A stretch of DNA of 64,000 bases from Candidatus Daviesbacteria bacterium. Its GTDB lineage: Bacteria; Patescibacteriota; Microgenomatia; Daviesbacterales; UBA10151. Shown here piece by piece: positions 37,081 to 46,532 of the stretch (the stretch's first letter is position 1; each line of letters starts with the position of its first letter). Under the pieces are notes generated by a model. That model was given only the letters and a program-made list of their open reading frames with translations. It ran no database searches and was not told the origin of the DNA. The position numbers and the translations under genes are program-made. The DNA lies in NCBI GenBank assembly GCA_030699125.1, contig JAUYKM010000009.1:6358-70357 (forward strand). The letters are read 5' to 3'.

Positions 37081-37808
37081 TGAACGTAAACTCTGGTGCC
37101 GGGATTTTCGGCTGTAGCGCGGATTACATTTTGTCCCGCAGGTACTACCGGACCTGCCCATTCAAAAATTTGAGCAGCATAATTTAGCGGTTCATTAACA
37201 CAACCGTGGCTCATGGGTTGACCAAAATTGTTGTGCCAATAAGCTCCATGTATGGCGTAGCCTTTATAGAAAAACATGCTGTGGGGTACATTGGGCAGAT
37301 AATAGTAGGTTCCCAGATCCTTTGATCCACCTGACATTACTTGTGAGCGGGTTTTATACCAAATATAAAAAGTACCCTTAGGGGTGGGAGCCCATTTACC
37401 TCCTGAAATGGGATATTCCATCACCACCACATTGCCTTCCCAAGCTCTTAATCTTTGTTCATCCAAAGAAACTTCGATCCATTTTTCTTGACCAGAAGTA
37501 TTAGTAGTCCCCAAAACTACCTGGTCCTGAGGTTGATTTATTGATTGATAATAGCTGTATGCTAAAGAAGTCTTGGGATAATCAATAGGCTCGTTATTAA
37601 AAATAGCCGTGCCTTCTTTTTCATCAAAACTTCCATCTGAAGATAGAATCTGATCTTCTGTACAACAAGAACTGGTGGGATCATTGGCAATCCCTAATTT
37701 ATAAACCAGATCACGCCTGATTGTTTGAAAATTGAAAAGGATATATGAAAGTACGGTAACTATTAAAAGTAATGGCAGTAGTCTGTGAAGCATAAGTCTT
37801 CCGCCCAA
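37077..37808 (-). CDS. L,D-transpeptidase (YkuD family)
   Basis: Catalytic SHGCVN motif and conserved HGAYW upstream. N-terminal TM. Confidence 0.75.
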   Translation of the reverse strand: MGGRLMLHRLLPLLLIVTVLSYILFNFQTIRRDLVYKLGIANDPTSSCCTEDQILSSDGSFDEKEGTAIFNNEPIDYPKTSLAYSYYQSINQPQDQVVLGTTNTSGQEKWIEVSLDEQRLRAWEGNVVVMEYPISGGKWAPTPKGTFYIWYKTRSQVMSGGSKDLGTYYYLPNVPHSMFFYKGYAIHGAYWHNNFGQPMSHGCVNEPLNYAAQIFEWAGPVVPAGQNVIRATAENPGTRVYVH

Positions 37809-37888
37809 TTAGCGGATCATGCTTCCGTCTTAAGCACAATAATATTGTGAGCCAAATTTGATATGGACGTCAAGAGGCATTTTTTATT

Positions 37889-38863
37889 ATGATGAAAAGC
37901 CCTATGAAAAAATACCTTATTCTTGCGATACTACTGATAATATTTGATTCACTATTGATTTTTGATACTATTCATAAGTTTAACTCTGAGTTAGCTTCCC
38001 CTCTAACAAAAAGAGGGAAAATTCTAGGAACTAATATTTGGATACCAAATATGAATTTGGTGGTTCAGGCCTCTGATATGGAGATTAACGCCAAAGGAGT
38101 CCTTTTTATAGATAGTATAAATGGCAAAGTATTCTTCTCTAAAAATCCACACCAAAAACTACCTATTGCCTCTTTGGTGAAAGTGATGACAGTTTTGGTG
38201 GCTTTGGAATACAAAGATTGGGAAGATGAGTATTTAGTGAGTGATGGTGCTGCCGGGATGGAGCCGGATAAGATGCTTCTTATTCCCGGGGAAAAACTGA
38301 CGCTTGAGGAGTTGTTATACGGAATATTTTTAATCTCTGCCAATGATGCGGCAGAGGTGATAGCTGAGGGAACCCTTCGACCCATTCGAATGACTCAGGG
38401 CAAGCAAGCTCAGGGCAAGCAAGGGGATAGAGAGGAATTCATTCAACTGATGAATGCCAAAGCTAAACAATTAGGTATGCAAAATACTTATTTTGTTAAT
38501 CCCACCGGACTGGATGAAGATAGCGGAAATTCATATTCCACAGCTTATGATCTGGCAGTTTTGACCAGATATTTAGTTAAAAATTATCCTGAAGTGGTGG
38601 AAATTTCTCAAACAGAGCACATTATTTTACCGGCAACAGCCACCCATCAGGATTATGATATGTATTCCGGGATAAATTTATTAACTACCTATCCGGGGGT
38701 AGTGGGATTTAAAACAGGATATACCCCGGAGGCAGGATTAACATTAATTACTTTGGCCAGAAAGAATGGGCAGGAAGTTTTGGGGGTACTTCTGGGCTCG
38801 GAAAACAGAAGAGAAGAAGCCAAAGAACTTTTGGATTATAGTTTTAAAAAGCTGGGAAGTTAA
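37889..38863 (+). CDS. D-alanyl-D-alanine carboxypeptidase (peptidase S11), second paralog
   Basis: ASLVKVMT (SxxK), SANDAA (SxN) and KTGYT. Contains a 12-bp tandem duplication (QGKQAQGKQG). Confidence 0.8.
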   Translation: MMKSPMKKYLILAILLIIFDSLLIFDTIHKFNSELASPLTKRGKILGTNIWIPNMNLVVQASDMEINAKGVLFIDSINGKVFFSKNPHQKLPIASLVKVMTVLVALEYKDWEDEYLVSDGAAGMEPDKMLLIPGEKLTLEELLYGIFLISANDAAEVIAEGTLRPIRMTQGKQAQGKQGDREEFIQLMNAKAKQLGMQNTYFVNPTGLDEDSGNSYSTAYDLAVLTRYLVKNYPEVVEISQTEHIILPATATHQDYDMYSGINLLTTYPGVVGFKTGYTPEAGLTLITLARKNGQEVLGVLLGSENRREEAKELLDYSFKKLGS

Positions 38864-39507
38864 TTATTTAAAATTGCTGATAATTTTTGGACTCCATTGT
38901 AAGCACAATCCGGTATTATTTTTTTATCTGGACCACCCCAACCAAACCAACCTCCCCTTAAAATATGATATGTAAATGCGCTAAATTCAGGTAATGAAAT
39001 CTCATACATATGCTCAATTTCAATATTTACACCCTTTCGTCTGAATGGATTTTCCGAATAATTATGGATAGATACTCCAAGAGCCTCACTATAAGAGGCA
39101 GTTAAATTTCTGGCAAGCTCATCAGATAATTGTTTCTCTTCCAGGGCTTTCTTAAGATCATCCGCGATTTGTGGCGCATATGATAATCTTCTGATATGGA
39201 TATCTTCAGATGATTCCTGAACTTCTTCAGTAGTTGTTAATTCGGTTTCAGAAGAGGGATCCTGGTAATGAATTACCCTTAAGCCAGCAGTTTCAGATCT
39301 CAATAGCCTTGCAAGATTTTGGACAGTAGATTTTTGGGTAGCATCCACATAATTATAAGTTTGTATTATGGCACCAGTGGAAAATTCACAGAACTGTGGG
39401 ACAGATATAGCAGGTAAATCATCACTAAGACGGATTCTGGTATTGTCAAAGACAAAGCCAAAATTTTCCACATGACCTCTATTGAGAGTTTCCAAAATAA
39501 GACTCAT
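38860..39507 (-). CDS. Hypothetical protein
   Basis: 215 aa. No recognisable domain. Confidence 0.4.
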   Translation of the reverse strand: MSLILETLNRGHVENFGFVFDNTRIRLSDDLPAISVPQFCEFSTGAIIQTYNYVDATQKSTVQNLARLLRSETAGLRVIHYQDPSSETELTTTEEVQESSEDIHIRRLSYAPQIADDLKKALEEKQLSDELARNLTASYSEALGVSIHNYSENPFRRKGVNIEIEHMYEISLPEFSAFTYHILRGGWFGWGGPDKKIIPDCAYNGVQKLSAILNN

Positions 39508-39546
39508 AGTAGTATTTTAACACATTTAAAGGAATTTGCAAGTTAT

Positions 39547-39575
39547 TGTGAATTTGTAAAGATGATGGTTTATAA
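39547..39575 (+). promoter_or_regulatory. Candidate sigma70 promoter (TTGTGA-17-TATAAT) preceding a structured region
   Basis: Hexamers at 39547-52 and 39570-75. Confidence 0.35.
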
Positions 39576-39741
39576 TCGTAGCAGAAAACCCCGCTTTCTT
39601 AAAGCGGGGTTGAATGCGTAGCGATTACAGCCTTCCGCGGATGGGCACGGTGGTATATCAAATTAAGGTTTTCTGCTACTTCTTGTAAACTTATTAAAGA
39701 AAACCGCGGACTTACAAATCGCGGAAGTTTATACTGGTAGT

Positions 39742-39879
39742 ATGATCAGAAAAGTTAAAGAAGGGTATAGGGTGGTGGCGGAAAGTGGACGTAACATGGG
39801 GACATATCCAACAAAAGAGCAGGCGGAAAAAAGATTAAGGCAGATTGAAATGTTTAAACATATGAGGAAAAGGAAATAA
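39742..39879 (+). CDS. Possible 45-aa highly basic mini-protein
   Basis: MIRKVKEGYRVVAESGRNMGTYPTKEQAEKRLRQIEMFKHMRKRK. Not in the ORF track. Confidence 0.2.
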   Translation: MIRKVKEGYRVVAESGRNMGTYPTKEQAEKRLRQIEMFKHMRKRK

Positions 39880-39940
39880 GAGATGGACATCCATCAGTAG
39901 AAATACCGTTGGAGGATGTAATAGAGGTTAAACCTTTAAG

Positions 39941-41368
39941 CTAAATTATCAACTTACATGAACTGATCCAGGGTGAGATACCTTCTTGAGTTGGGAAAAC
40001 AAGTAGGTTATAGTTATTTTGGTTCGGTGGAATAATCAATAAATTAACTTTGACCTTTTCTCCTGATTTAATAACACGAGGCAATGCAGACGTAATTGGT
40101 GAGTCAAATAATTTTCCCTCGCGTGTAAAAACCTCCCTGAGGTTTAAATTTAGATACCCTCGTGTACCGGTAGTAAGCCAATCAACTTGAGAATTATTCA
40201 TAAAATACAACTCCAGTACTTCATAACCAAGGAGATTTTTTTTGCCAATATACTCAAGTGAACATTTTCTTTCCGAGAATATATACTCTCTATTCTTGAG
40301 ACCTTTGGAAAAATTAATAAAATTGTATACCCCTTCAAGTTGCGGTCCCGCTACAAGCTGTCTGATAATCGGGTTATCCTTAAAATCCCACAATTTCTCA
40401 GTAGAGCCATTTACATCCTTGGGATAAAAATCCCAAAAAGCCCTGGGGTAATAAAATATACCAATTGCTTGTACAATAACAGAGTATATGACGATAATTG
40501 TCAAAATTACTTTAAATAGAATACTTTTATTAAAAATATATAAAAAGTAAACCAGAATTATGGCAGATACAGTAGCATCAGCCAAAAGTCTGCTACCCCA
40601 GGAATGTCCTCCCCACCATTCTCCCCAGAATGAATTTAATAATATAACCCCCAGAAGATTGAAGAAATTCAGATAATAGATATTTTTCTGAAGAGTAGGT
40701 AATTGACCAATTTTTTTATAAAATAGAGGTGTAAGACAAGCGAGAATAAAAAGAGGTGTATAAAAAACCACCCCCCTTGCAGGTGATAAGAATAAGCCAA
40801 TCGCATTTTTTATAAAGGTTGTTTTTCCGTATACGCTGACATGGTCAAAATAACCCCCAAAAGGTGAACCATAAAGATATATATTGAATGAAGCTAACAA
40901 TATTAACCCGCCAACTAGAATGGTTAAATATGATACAAATTTTTTCTTATCTAGCTGATAAAGCAACCGAAGCAGTAATCCTCCATATATAAGAAAATGA
41001 GGTCTGGTCCAGATACTTAATAACGAGGCAAGAGAGGAGATAATGAAAATTTTGGAGATTAGAAAAAGCTGACTTACGGTCATAAATAAATTGGCAATTC
41101 CATGTTGCCATAAATATTGGCTGCTTATGGAAAATGTTTGCGTAGCAAATGCAAATATAAAAGCGAAAGCTATACCTGTTTTAATGCTTTGAGAGAGTTT
41201 AAAAATTAATAAAAAGAACAAAACTACATTTAAAGAGGCAAAAGTTGACGCGCTAATTTTCTCTAAAGTAAAAGACAGGTTAAAAAGATATCCTGGCTGC
41301 ATTCTTTCATTTGAATTTAATAATGCATAAAATGGCAGATAAATAGGTGCTGAAATTAAACCAGGCAA
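39941..41368 (-). CDS. Polytopic membrane protein, putative GT-C glycosyltransferase (ArnT/PMT-like); possibly frameshifted at the 5' end
   Basis: More than 10 TM helices. A 55-aa TM-containing ORF (41446..41613, minus strand) lies just upstream in another frame. Confidence 0.4.
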   Translation of the reverse strand: MPGLISAPIYLPFYALLNSNERMQPGYLFNLSFTLEKISASTFASLNVVLFFLLIFKLSQSIKTGIAFAFIFAFATQTFSISSQYLWQHGIANLFMTVSQLFLISKIFIISSLASLLSIWTRPHFLIYGGLLLRLLYQLDKKKFVSYLTILVGGLILLASFNIYLYGSPFGGYFDHVSVYGKTTFIKNAIGLFLSPARGVVFYTPLFILACLTPLFYKKIGQLPTLQKNIYYLNFFNLLGVILLNSFWGEWWGGHSWGSRLLADATVSAIILVYFLYIFNKSILFKVILTIIVIYSVIVQAIGIFYYPRAFWDFYPKDVNGSTEKLWDFKDNPIIRQLVAGPQLEGVYNFINFSKGLKNREYIFSERKCSLEYIGKKNLLGYEVLELYFMNNSQVDWLTTGTRGYLNLNLREVFTREGKLFDSPITSALPRVIKSGEKVKVNLLIIPPNQNNYNLLVFPTQEGISPWISSCKLII

Positions 41369-41445
41369 ATAAGGGTAAGTTGATATATAGTGACCTTTTG
41401 GTTTTTGGAAGAAATAAATTGAGTTAGGCTCTTGAGCATATAGTT

Positions 41446-41613
41446 TTATAACTCATCAAAATAAAATCCATGACCTAAAAATAAATTAAATGGTAAAAGC
41501 CTTGACGGTGTGGTATCTCCTTTGCCAGTTGTATATAAAGGACTAAAATTTAAATTATAGATAATAAAACTAAGCAAAAATAAAGCTAAACAAATTTTTA
41601 AAGTTTTCCCCAT
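41446..41613 (-). pseudogene. Detached N-terminal fragment (55 aa, signal/TM) of the downstream GT-C membrane protein
   Basis: MGKTLKICLALFLLSFIIYNL... ends 77 nt before the main ORF start, in a different frame. Confidence 0.3.
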
Positions 41614-41695
41614 AATTTAAGCGTGGCGAGAATTACTCAGCGAAGCGCTAATTTAAGTAGTCTATCATAAGAAAATCCATTTAATAACTTCGGGA

Positions 41696-42178
41696 TTAAA
41701 ATAAAGGAGGATTGGCAGGCGTGAACCGTCCTTTACAGATTTTCTTCCCCTCAACAATCAAATTATCAAAAGCCATTTTCACCTCCTGATCCCCAAAAAG
41801 ATCATTAATAGAGAAGGCATATAGATACAGATGGACATCACTAACAGTATATCCACTAGAAGATAATGGAATCCAACTACTTATTACCGAATCATAATAA
41901 TAACCAGTTTCTACATTCTCAATTCTTGTTAAACGTAGTTTTCCAGAAAGGTCATTTGTGCCAATTACTGCGCGATTTGGATTGGTAAGATAGACTTCGG
42001 GTATAGCTGGATCAAAGCTGGGACTCGATTCATTTTGTCCCCAACTCATTCTTATAATTTCTGCAAACTCATCTGGTCCAGTAGCTATACCCATTCTAAC
42101 GCCATTCCTAGCCGGCCACTCAAGTAGTTGATAATCAACTTGTATATCAAAATCTCCATTTAATACACAGGCACTCAC
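41696..42178 (-). CDS. Hypothetical protein
   Basis: 160 aa with a GTG start per the track. No signal peptide. Confidence 0.35.
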   Translation of the reverse strand: MSACVLNGDFDIQVDYQLLEWPARNGVRMGIATGPDEFAEIIRMSWGQNESSPSFDPAIPEVYLTNPNRAVIGTNDLSGKLRLTRIENVETGYYYDSVISSWIPLSSSGYTVSDVHLYLYAFSINDLFGDQEVKMAFDNLIVEGKKICKGRFTPANPPLF

Positions 42179-42529
42179 ATATTCTCCTATAAAACCAAAA
42201 GGATCCGTGGAATCTGCTGGGATATTAATTTCTAGCCTGTTATTAACCTCAGTGATTGTTGGGCCACCAAGTTCAAAACTAAACTATTTGGATGGATCTA
42301 ATTTGTTATCGTCAAAGTTGTCAGATAAAGTTGCATTGGCTATCGCTAAGCCAGGGATAAGTAAATATACAGCTGTTAGTAATACTAGAGTAGCATATAT
42401 TTTGTATAACATTGTTAATTATTTACTAAATAATTATTCACATAATCTAAGTCCATTTTGCAACCCCCTAGAATTTTTATTATCTAAAAGCATGACAACG
42501 TGTAGTGTTTATATAAGGTTGCTGAGATC

Positions 42530-42811
42530 TTGTGGGTCAGACGAAACTTGTGGTACTTTAGGAATATGCCCAAAAAAGTTTTTGTAATGACTTTGATTTT
42601 AAGTGTGGTAGTAACTTATGGAGTAGCAGTAATGGATGCGATACAAAGAAACAGTCTTTTGGCTGGCAAAATAGGTTTTCCTTTAAGATTCAGTTCATCG
42701 TATTTCTTTAAAGAGAGTACAGATTTTCTGATGCTTTTCATAGATATAGCTTTTTGGTTTGCGGTTATCTTGGTGATCTGGTTTGGCATAAGAAGACTGC
42801 TTAATAAATAA
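42530..42811 (+). CDS. Small hypothetical membrane protein (likely start MPKK at 42566)
   Basis: Two hydrophobic helices. Confidence 0.3.
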   Translation: MWVRRNLWYFRNMPKKVFVMTLILSVVVTYGVAVMDAIQRNSLLAGKIGFPLRFSSSYFFKESTDFLMLFIDIAFWFAVILVIWFGIRRLLNK

Positions 42812-42818
42812 TTATTCG

Positions 42819-45227
42819 CTATCTTAGATCGTGGGGTATAATTACCTCGAATTGTTGGTAAGTAGAATTGCCGGCTAAATCTTGGACAAATATTCTAATA
42901 ATATATTTTCTGCCATCTTTATCTTCATCATTTCTGGCAGCTGGTAATTTGATGATTTGATTATATTCCCTTTGGTAATAAGTAGTGATTAATGGTTCCG
43001 CTAAATCATACTCATCGTCAACTACAATAGTTGTTAAATAAGGATTCTCGTCTACAACATTTCCGATCACATTAACATCAACCATTTTTCCATTTGGCGG
43101 CCAGATAGTTTTTGGATTGACATCAAAAGAAATTTGGGGAGAAGTATGATCATAATTAGCTTCGTCCTCTAAGATACTGAAATGTGTTATCTCAGCATCA
43201 GTTGTACCATCGCCGTTTTCATCAACATGAATGACAGGAGGTTGGATAGCCTGCGTGTCAAAGACAGTATTTGCAGTGGTGTCAACAGAAATTGGTATAT
43301 CCTCATAAAGAATAGTTTGCGTGTTTATATCATCCTCAAATCTTCTGATTTTAAAATCAAAACTGCCCTGATTCATGGCCTCAAAATTGATGGTGTATAC
43401 TCCTTCATCTGGCAGAAAAATAAATTTAGCATCATCCAAACTGTTATAACTTGAGCCCGGGATATTGATTTCAAAATGTCCATCAGAAGTGGGTCCCGTA
43501 TGATTATGATTTGCATTATAGACATGGATATTAACTGGGGAGTGTACCGATAAAGAAGTGCCTCTAAATTTATAAGGTTGGTTGGAAACTCCCTCAGGAA
43601 TCTCATCATTATCTTCCAAAATATTTTTAATTAAATTTAATGCTGGACCATCTATCACTAAATCTCCATGTCTTTGAGAAGTATAATAAAGTTTTGCCGA
43701 ACCAAGGTATGAGAAATTTTTAAATGGGTCGTTTAAAGAGGCGCTATATAACGGTACTGTATCATCTCCATTTATACTAATTACATCTTTCTTAATGCTT
43801 TGAATTCCTAGGAGAGAGGTTGTTTTTTCCTCGATAATTTGTCCCAAAGTGCTTTGACCTGAACCTGCGATATTGATTACCTCAACGCCATTAGTATTGG
43901 AAAGATTAGAATCTATAAAATGAAAAATTTCACTAGGATCAAATAAGGTAGCATTATGACCGAAAAGTGTTAAGAGGTTTTTAATTTGAAAATAACCTAG
44001 TGTTCCATTCTCTGTTCTGTAGGGATAGAGATGCTGATTATCCTCTCCGGAGTAAAAATCAAAGTAAGATTGGGATGGAGCTAATTCAAAACCGCCTATC
44101 ATATTTTGAAGTACATCATTTACTTCCGAAGGGGCAAGCGTTAAACAAAATGGACCAATCTCAAATCTAAGACATCCGCCATATCTTAAGATTTTCAAAA
44201 ACTCCACCGCCCCCAGATGTGGAACACCTAAGGTGAATAATTTGCTGACATTTTGGGCACGGGTTGGATCAGCTATATAATTTCTGGCCACCAGGCCTCC
44301 CATGGAATGGGTCACAATATCTACTTTTTCACTGCCTGTCTGACTTTTTATATCCTCAATCTTTTGATCCAATAAGGGGGCGGTATGAGTTATATCTTTT
44401 CTCCAGTCATATGGAAAAACAAAGAAATCCTGATTTAGGGTATATCCATCATCTATAAAGAAGTTGATAGCTTCCTGATATGCTCCGGCATATAACTGAT
44501 CTGTTAATCCAATATTTGCCTCAGATATTATCCCATCTTCCTTCATCTTTAACACATCAAAATAATCATCTTCTCCCGGCTTGGCAGCCTCCCCCTCATT
44601 TACCCAAACCTTTTCATCTTTTAAGTATGTATGCTCAAAGATTCCTCCGTGTCCGTTATCCTCAGACCAGACAGTATTCTCCATTACTTTTAATTCAGAT
44701 CCTCCAATTCCCGGAATTAAAATTAGAGGAGTTTTAGAAGGAGCAGGAGTTGGGGTGGGTGTAGGTGTGGGAGTAGGTGTTGGATCCGGGGTATTAATAT
44801 TTACCAAATATAACGGGGTGCTGCTACCAAAAGCCCCACAGCCGTCACTTAAGTTTACAGTGATCCTATTTTCTCCCGCTCTGAATAAATTGGTTACATC
44901 AATGGGTATATGTTCAGTTAGAGATTGGCAAAGAGGAGCTGCATAAAAGTGACTAAAGGTTCTGGTTCTACCATCAGGTCCCAGGACTGAGAGATGCACT
45001 ATATCATCAACTAAAGTATTCCCTGATCCATCTGGATTAGAACTTAACAGAATATTCCCTGATTGGTAATTGATAATAAACTCAGTTGTAAAAAAAGTTT
45101 CAAACAAAGAGACCGGAATGGCAGGAATTCCGGTGGTGATGGTATAAGGGATGGTGGATGCAAAGATTGGAGGAGGATTAGTTACTAGCAAAAAAGATAG
45201 TATAAAAAATACTAGAAGTTTTTTCAC
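42819..45227 (-). CDS. Secreted alpha/beta-hydrolase (lipase/esterase-like, GHSMGG nucleophile elbow) with a Thr-Pro repeat linker
   Basis: Signal peptide. PDPTPTPTPTPTPTPAPS linker. IVTHSMGGLVARNYI GxSxG motif. 802 aa. Confidence 0.55.
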   Translation of the reverse strand: MKKLLVFFILSFLLVTNPPPIFASTIPYTITTGIPAIPVSLFETFFTTEFIINYQSGNILLSSNPDGSGNTLVDDIVHLSVLGPDGRTRTFSHFYAAPLCQSLTEHIPIDVTNLFRAGENRITVNLSDGCGAFGSSTPLYLVNINTPDPTPTPTPTPTPTPAPSKTPLILIPGIGGSELKVMENTVWSEDNGHGGIFEHTYLKDEKVWVNEGEAAKPGEDDYFDVLKMKEDGIISEANIGLTDQLYAGAYQEAINFFIDDGYTLNQDFFVFPYDWRKDITHTAPLLDQKIEDIKSQTGSEKVDIVTHSMGGLVARNYIADPTRAQNVSKLFTLGVPHLGAVEFLKILRYGGCLRFEIGPFCLTLAPSEVNDVLQNMIGGFELAPSQSYFDFYSGEDNQHLYPYRTENGTLGYFQIKNLLTLFGHNATLFDPSEIFHFIDSNLSNTNGVEVINIAGSGQSTLGQIIEEKTTSLLGIQSIKKDVISINGDDTVPLYSASLNDPFKNFSYLGSAKLYYTSQRHGDLVIDGPALNLIKNILEDNDEIPEGVSNQPYKFRGTSLSVHSPVNIHVYNANHNHTGPTSDGHFEINIPGSSYNSLDDAKFIFLPDEGVYTINFEAMNQGSFDFKIRRFEDDINTQTILYEDIPISVDTTANTVFDTQAIQPPVIHVDENGDGTTDAEITHFSILEDEANYDHTSPQISFDVNPKTIWPPNGKMVDVNVIGNVVDENPYLTTIVVDDEYDLAEPLITTYYQREYNQIIKLPAARNDEDKDGRKYIIRIFVQDLAGNSTYQQFEVIIPHDLR

Positions 45228-45288
45228 TAATTTTTATTATCCTTAAGCCTTCTTTCCAAATCAACCTCCTTATGATATAACAGGCAAG

Positions 45289-46008
45289 ATGTTTACCAAT
45301 CAGAAAGTTTTAACTTTTGTTTTTATTACTCTCGTTTTTGGTTCTGCCATTTATTTTACCTTTCTAAAATTCAGATATGATGTTATTAGTCCTCCTGCTA
45401 CACCCAGCCCCACTCCCGAAATAAAATTTGTCTTAACTCCCTCTCCCACTGCTTCCTCCCAACCTCAAACTCAAAGGGCTGGTCCACAAGTATCCAGCTT
45501 ACCCCAAGCTTCCCAGCTACCCCTGGCAAATAAAAAATATTTAGGTCAATTCCCTGGCAATTTATCCGAGGAAGAGCTTAAAAATAAAGCTGTAACTCTG
45601 GTCACCACTAAAGGCAATATAGTCATGGAAATTTTTCCTGAGGTCCCTTTGACAGCTTCCAATTTTCTAATTCTGGCCTCCAATGGTTTTTATGATAATT
45701 TAACTTTTCACAGAGTGGAACCAGGAGTTTTAATACAGGGTGGAGATCCTAAAGGAGACGGAACTGGAGACGCGGGGTATACCTTCAAAGATGAACCTGT
45801 CACTCGGGAATATACCAAGGGAATTGTAGCTATGGCCAATAGGGGTCCGGATACCAACTCCACTCAGTTTTTTATTGTGATTTCAGATAACATAGAAATT
45901 TCTAAAAACTATACAATATTTGGAACTGTGCTTTTGGGTATGGATGTGGTGGAAAGGATAACTCCGGGGGATATAATCAAAACCGCGGTGGTCCAACCCC
46001 TTAACTGA
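45289..46008 (+). CDS. Membrane-anchored cyclophilin-type peptidyl-prolyl cis-trans isomerase
   Basis: N-terminal TM and a Pro/Ser/Thr linker, then FHRVEPGVLIQGGDP and MANRGPDTNSTQFFI. Confidence 0.8.
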   Translation: MFTNQKVLTFVFITLVFGSAIYFTFLKFRYDVISPPATPSPTPEIKFVLTPSPTASSQPQTQRAGPQVSSLPQASQLPLANKKYLGQFPGNLSEEELKNKAVTLVTTKGNIVMEIFPEVPLTASNFLILASNGFYDNLTFHRVEPGVLIQGGDPKGDGTGDAGYTFKDEPVTREYTKGIVAMANRGPDTNSTQFFIVISDNIEISKNYTIFGTVLLGMDVVERITPGDIIKTAVVQPLN

Positions 46009-46083
46009 ACTACTCAATATCTTGTATATTGACACAATAGAATACCAATATGTTATGTTGATTATGTTTCGACTTTAATATCA

Positions 46084-46527
46084 ATGCATTGTCCTTTTTG
46101 TGCAAGTGTCCTATCTAAGGTGGTTGATAAACGGGGAGTCGAGGGTCGTGGGGAAATCAGAAGAAGGAGAGAGTGTTTAAAATGTGGTAGACGATTTACC
46201 ACTTATGAAGCTCTGGCTAGTTTAGAGATGATGGTTATTAAAAAGGATGGTAAAAGAGAACTGTTTGTGGCAGATAAGTTAAGGTTGGGACTGATTAAAG
46301 CATTAGAAAAGAGACCAGGTATTGAAAAAACTTCACAAATTGTAAATAAAATAGAGGTGAGAATTAGGACTAGAGGTTTGAAGGAAATTCAATCACAAGT
46401 TTTGGGTAGATGGGTTTTGGCGGAGTTGAGAAAAATAGATCAGGTGGCTTATTTGCGTTTTGCCTCGGTTTACAGAACATTTTCCGGACCGGGGGATTTC
46501 AGAAAAGAACTGGAGGCATTAAGTTAA
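46084..46527 (+). CDS. nrdR: Transcriptional repressor NrdR
   Basis: MHCPFCAS...CLKCGRRF zinc ribbon followed by an ATP-cone. Directly upstream of the RNR. Confidence 0.8.
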   Translation: MHCPFCASVLSKVVDKRGVEGRGEIRRRRECLKCGRRFTTYEALASLEMMVIKKDGKRELFVADKLRLGLIKALEKRPGIEKTSQIVNKIEVRIRTRGLKEIQSQVLGRWVLAELRKIDQVAYLRFASVYRTFSGPGDFRKELEALS

Positions 46528-46532
46528 ATCTT

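Noticed and set aside
39560-39700. SRP RNA, T-box or hammerhead identity for the structured region
   Set aside because: SRP domain IV (GGAA-tetraloop flanked by AGG/CAGG), the T-box AGGGUGGNACCGCG motif and the hammerhead CUGANGA...GAAA core are all absent on either strand. It is left as an unclassified structured element.
42207-42587. Plus-strand ORF 42207..42587 (126 aa)
   Set aside because: It is low-complexity (Ser/Leu-rich) with no SD. The region is better explained as the upstream flank of the minus-strand gene 41696..42178 and the promoter region of ORF 42530.
44581-44946. ORF encoding GVGVGVGVGVGVG on the plus strand
   Set aside because: It is the antisense reading of the (ACC-CCN)n Thr-Pro linker codons of the lipase gene. 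It is an artefact of the repeat.
46410-46532. Track start of the RNR ORF at 46410, inside nrdR
   Set aside because: The in-frame upstream extension overlaps the nrdR C-terminus. A start at ATG 46533, just after the nrdR stop, gives a normal NrdJ N-terminus.
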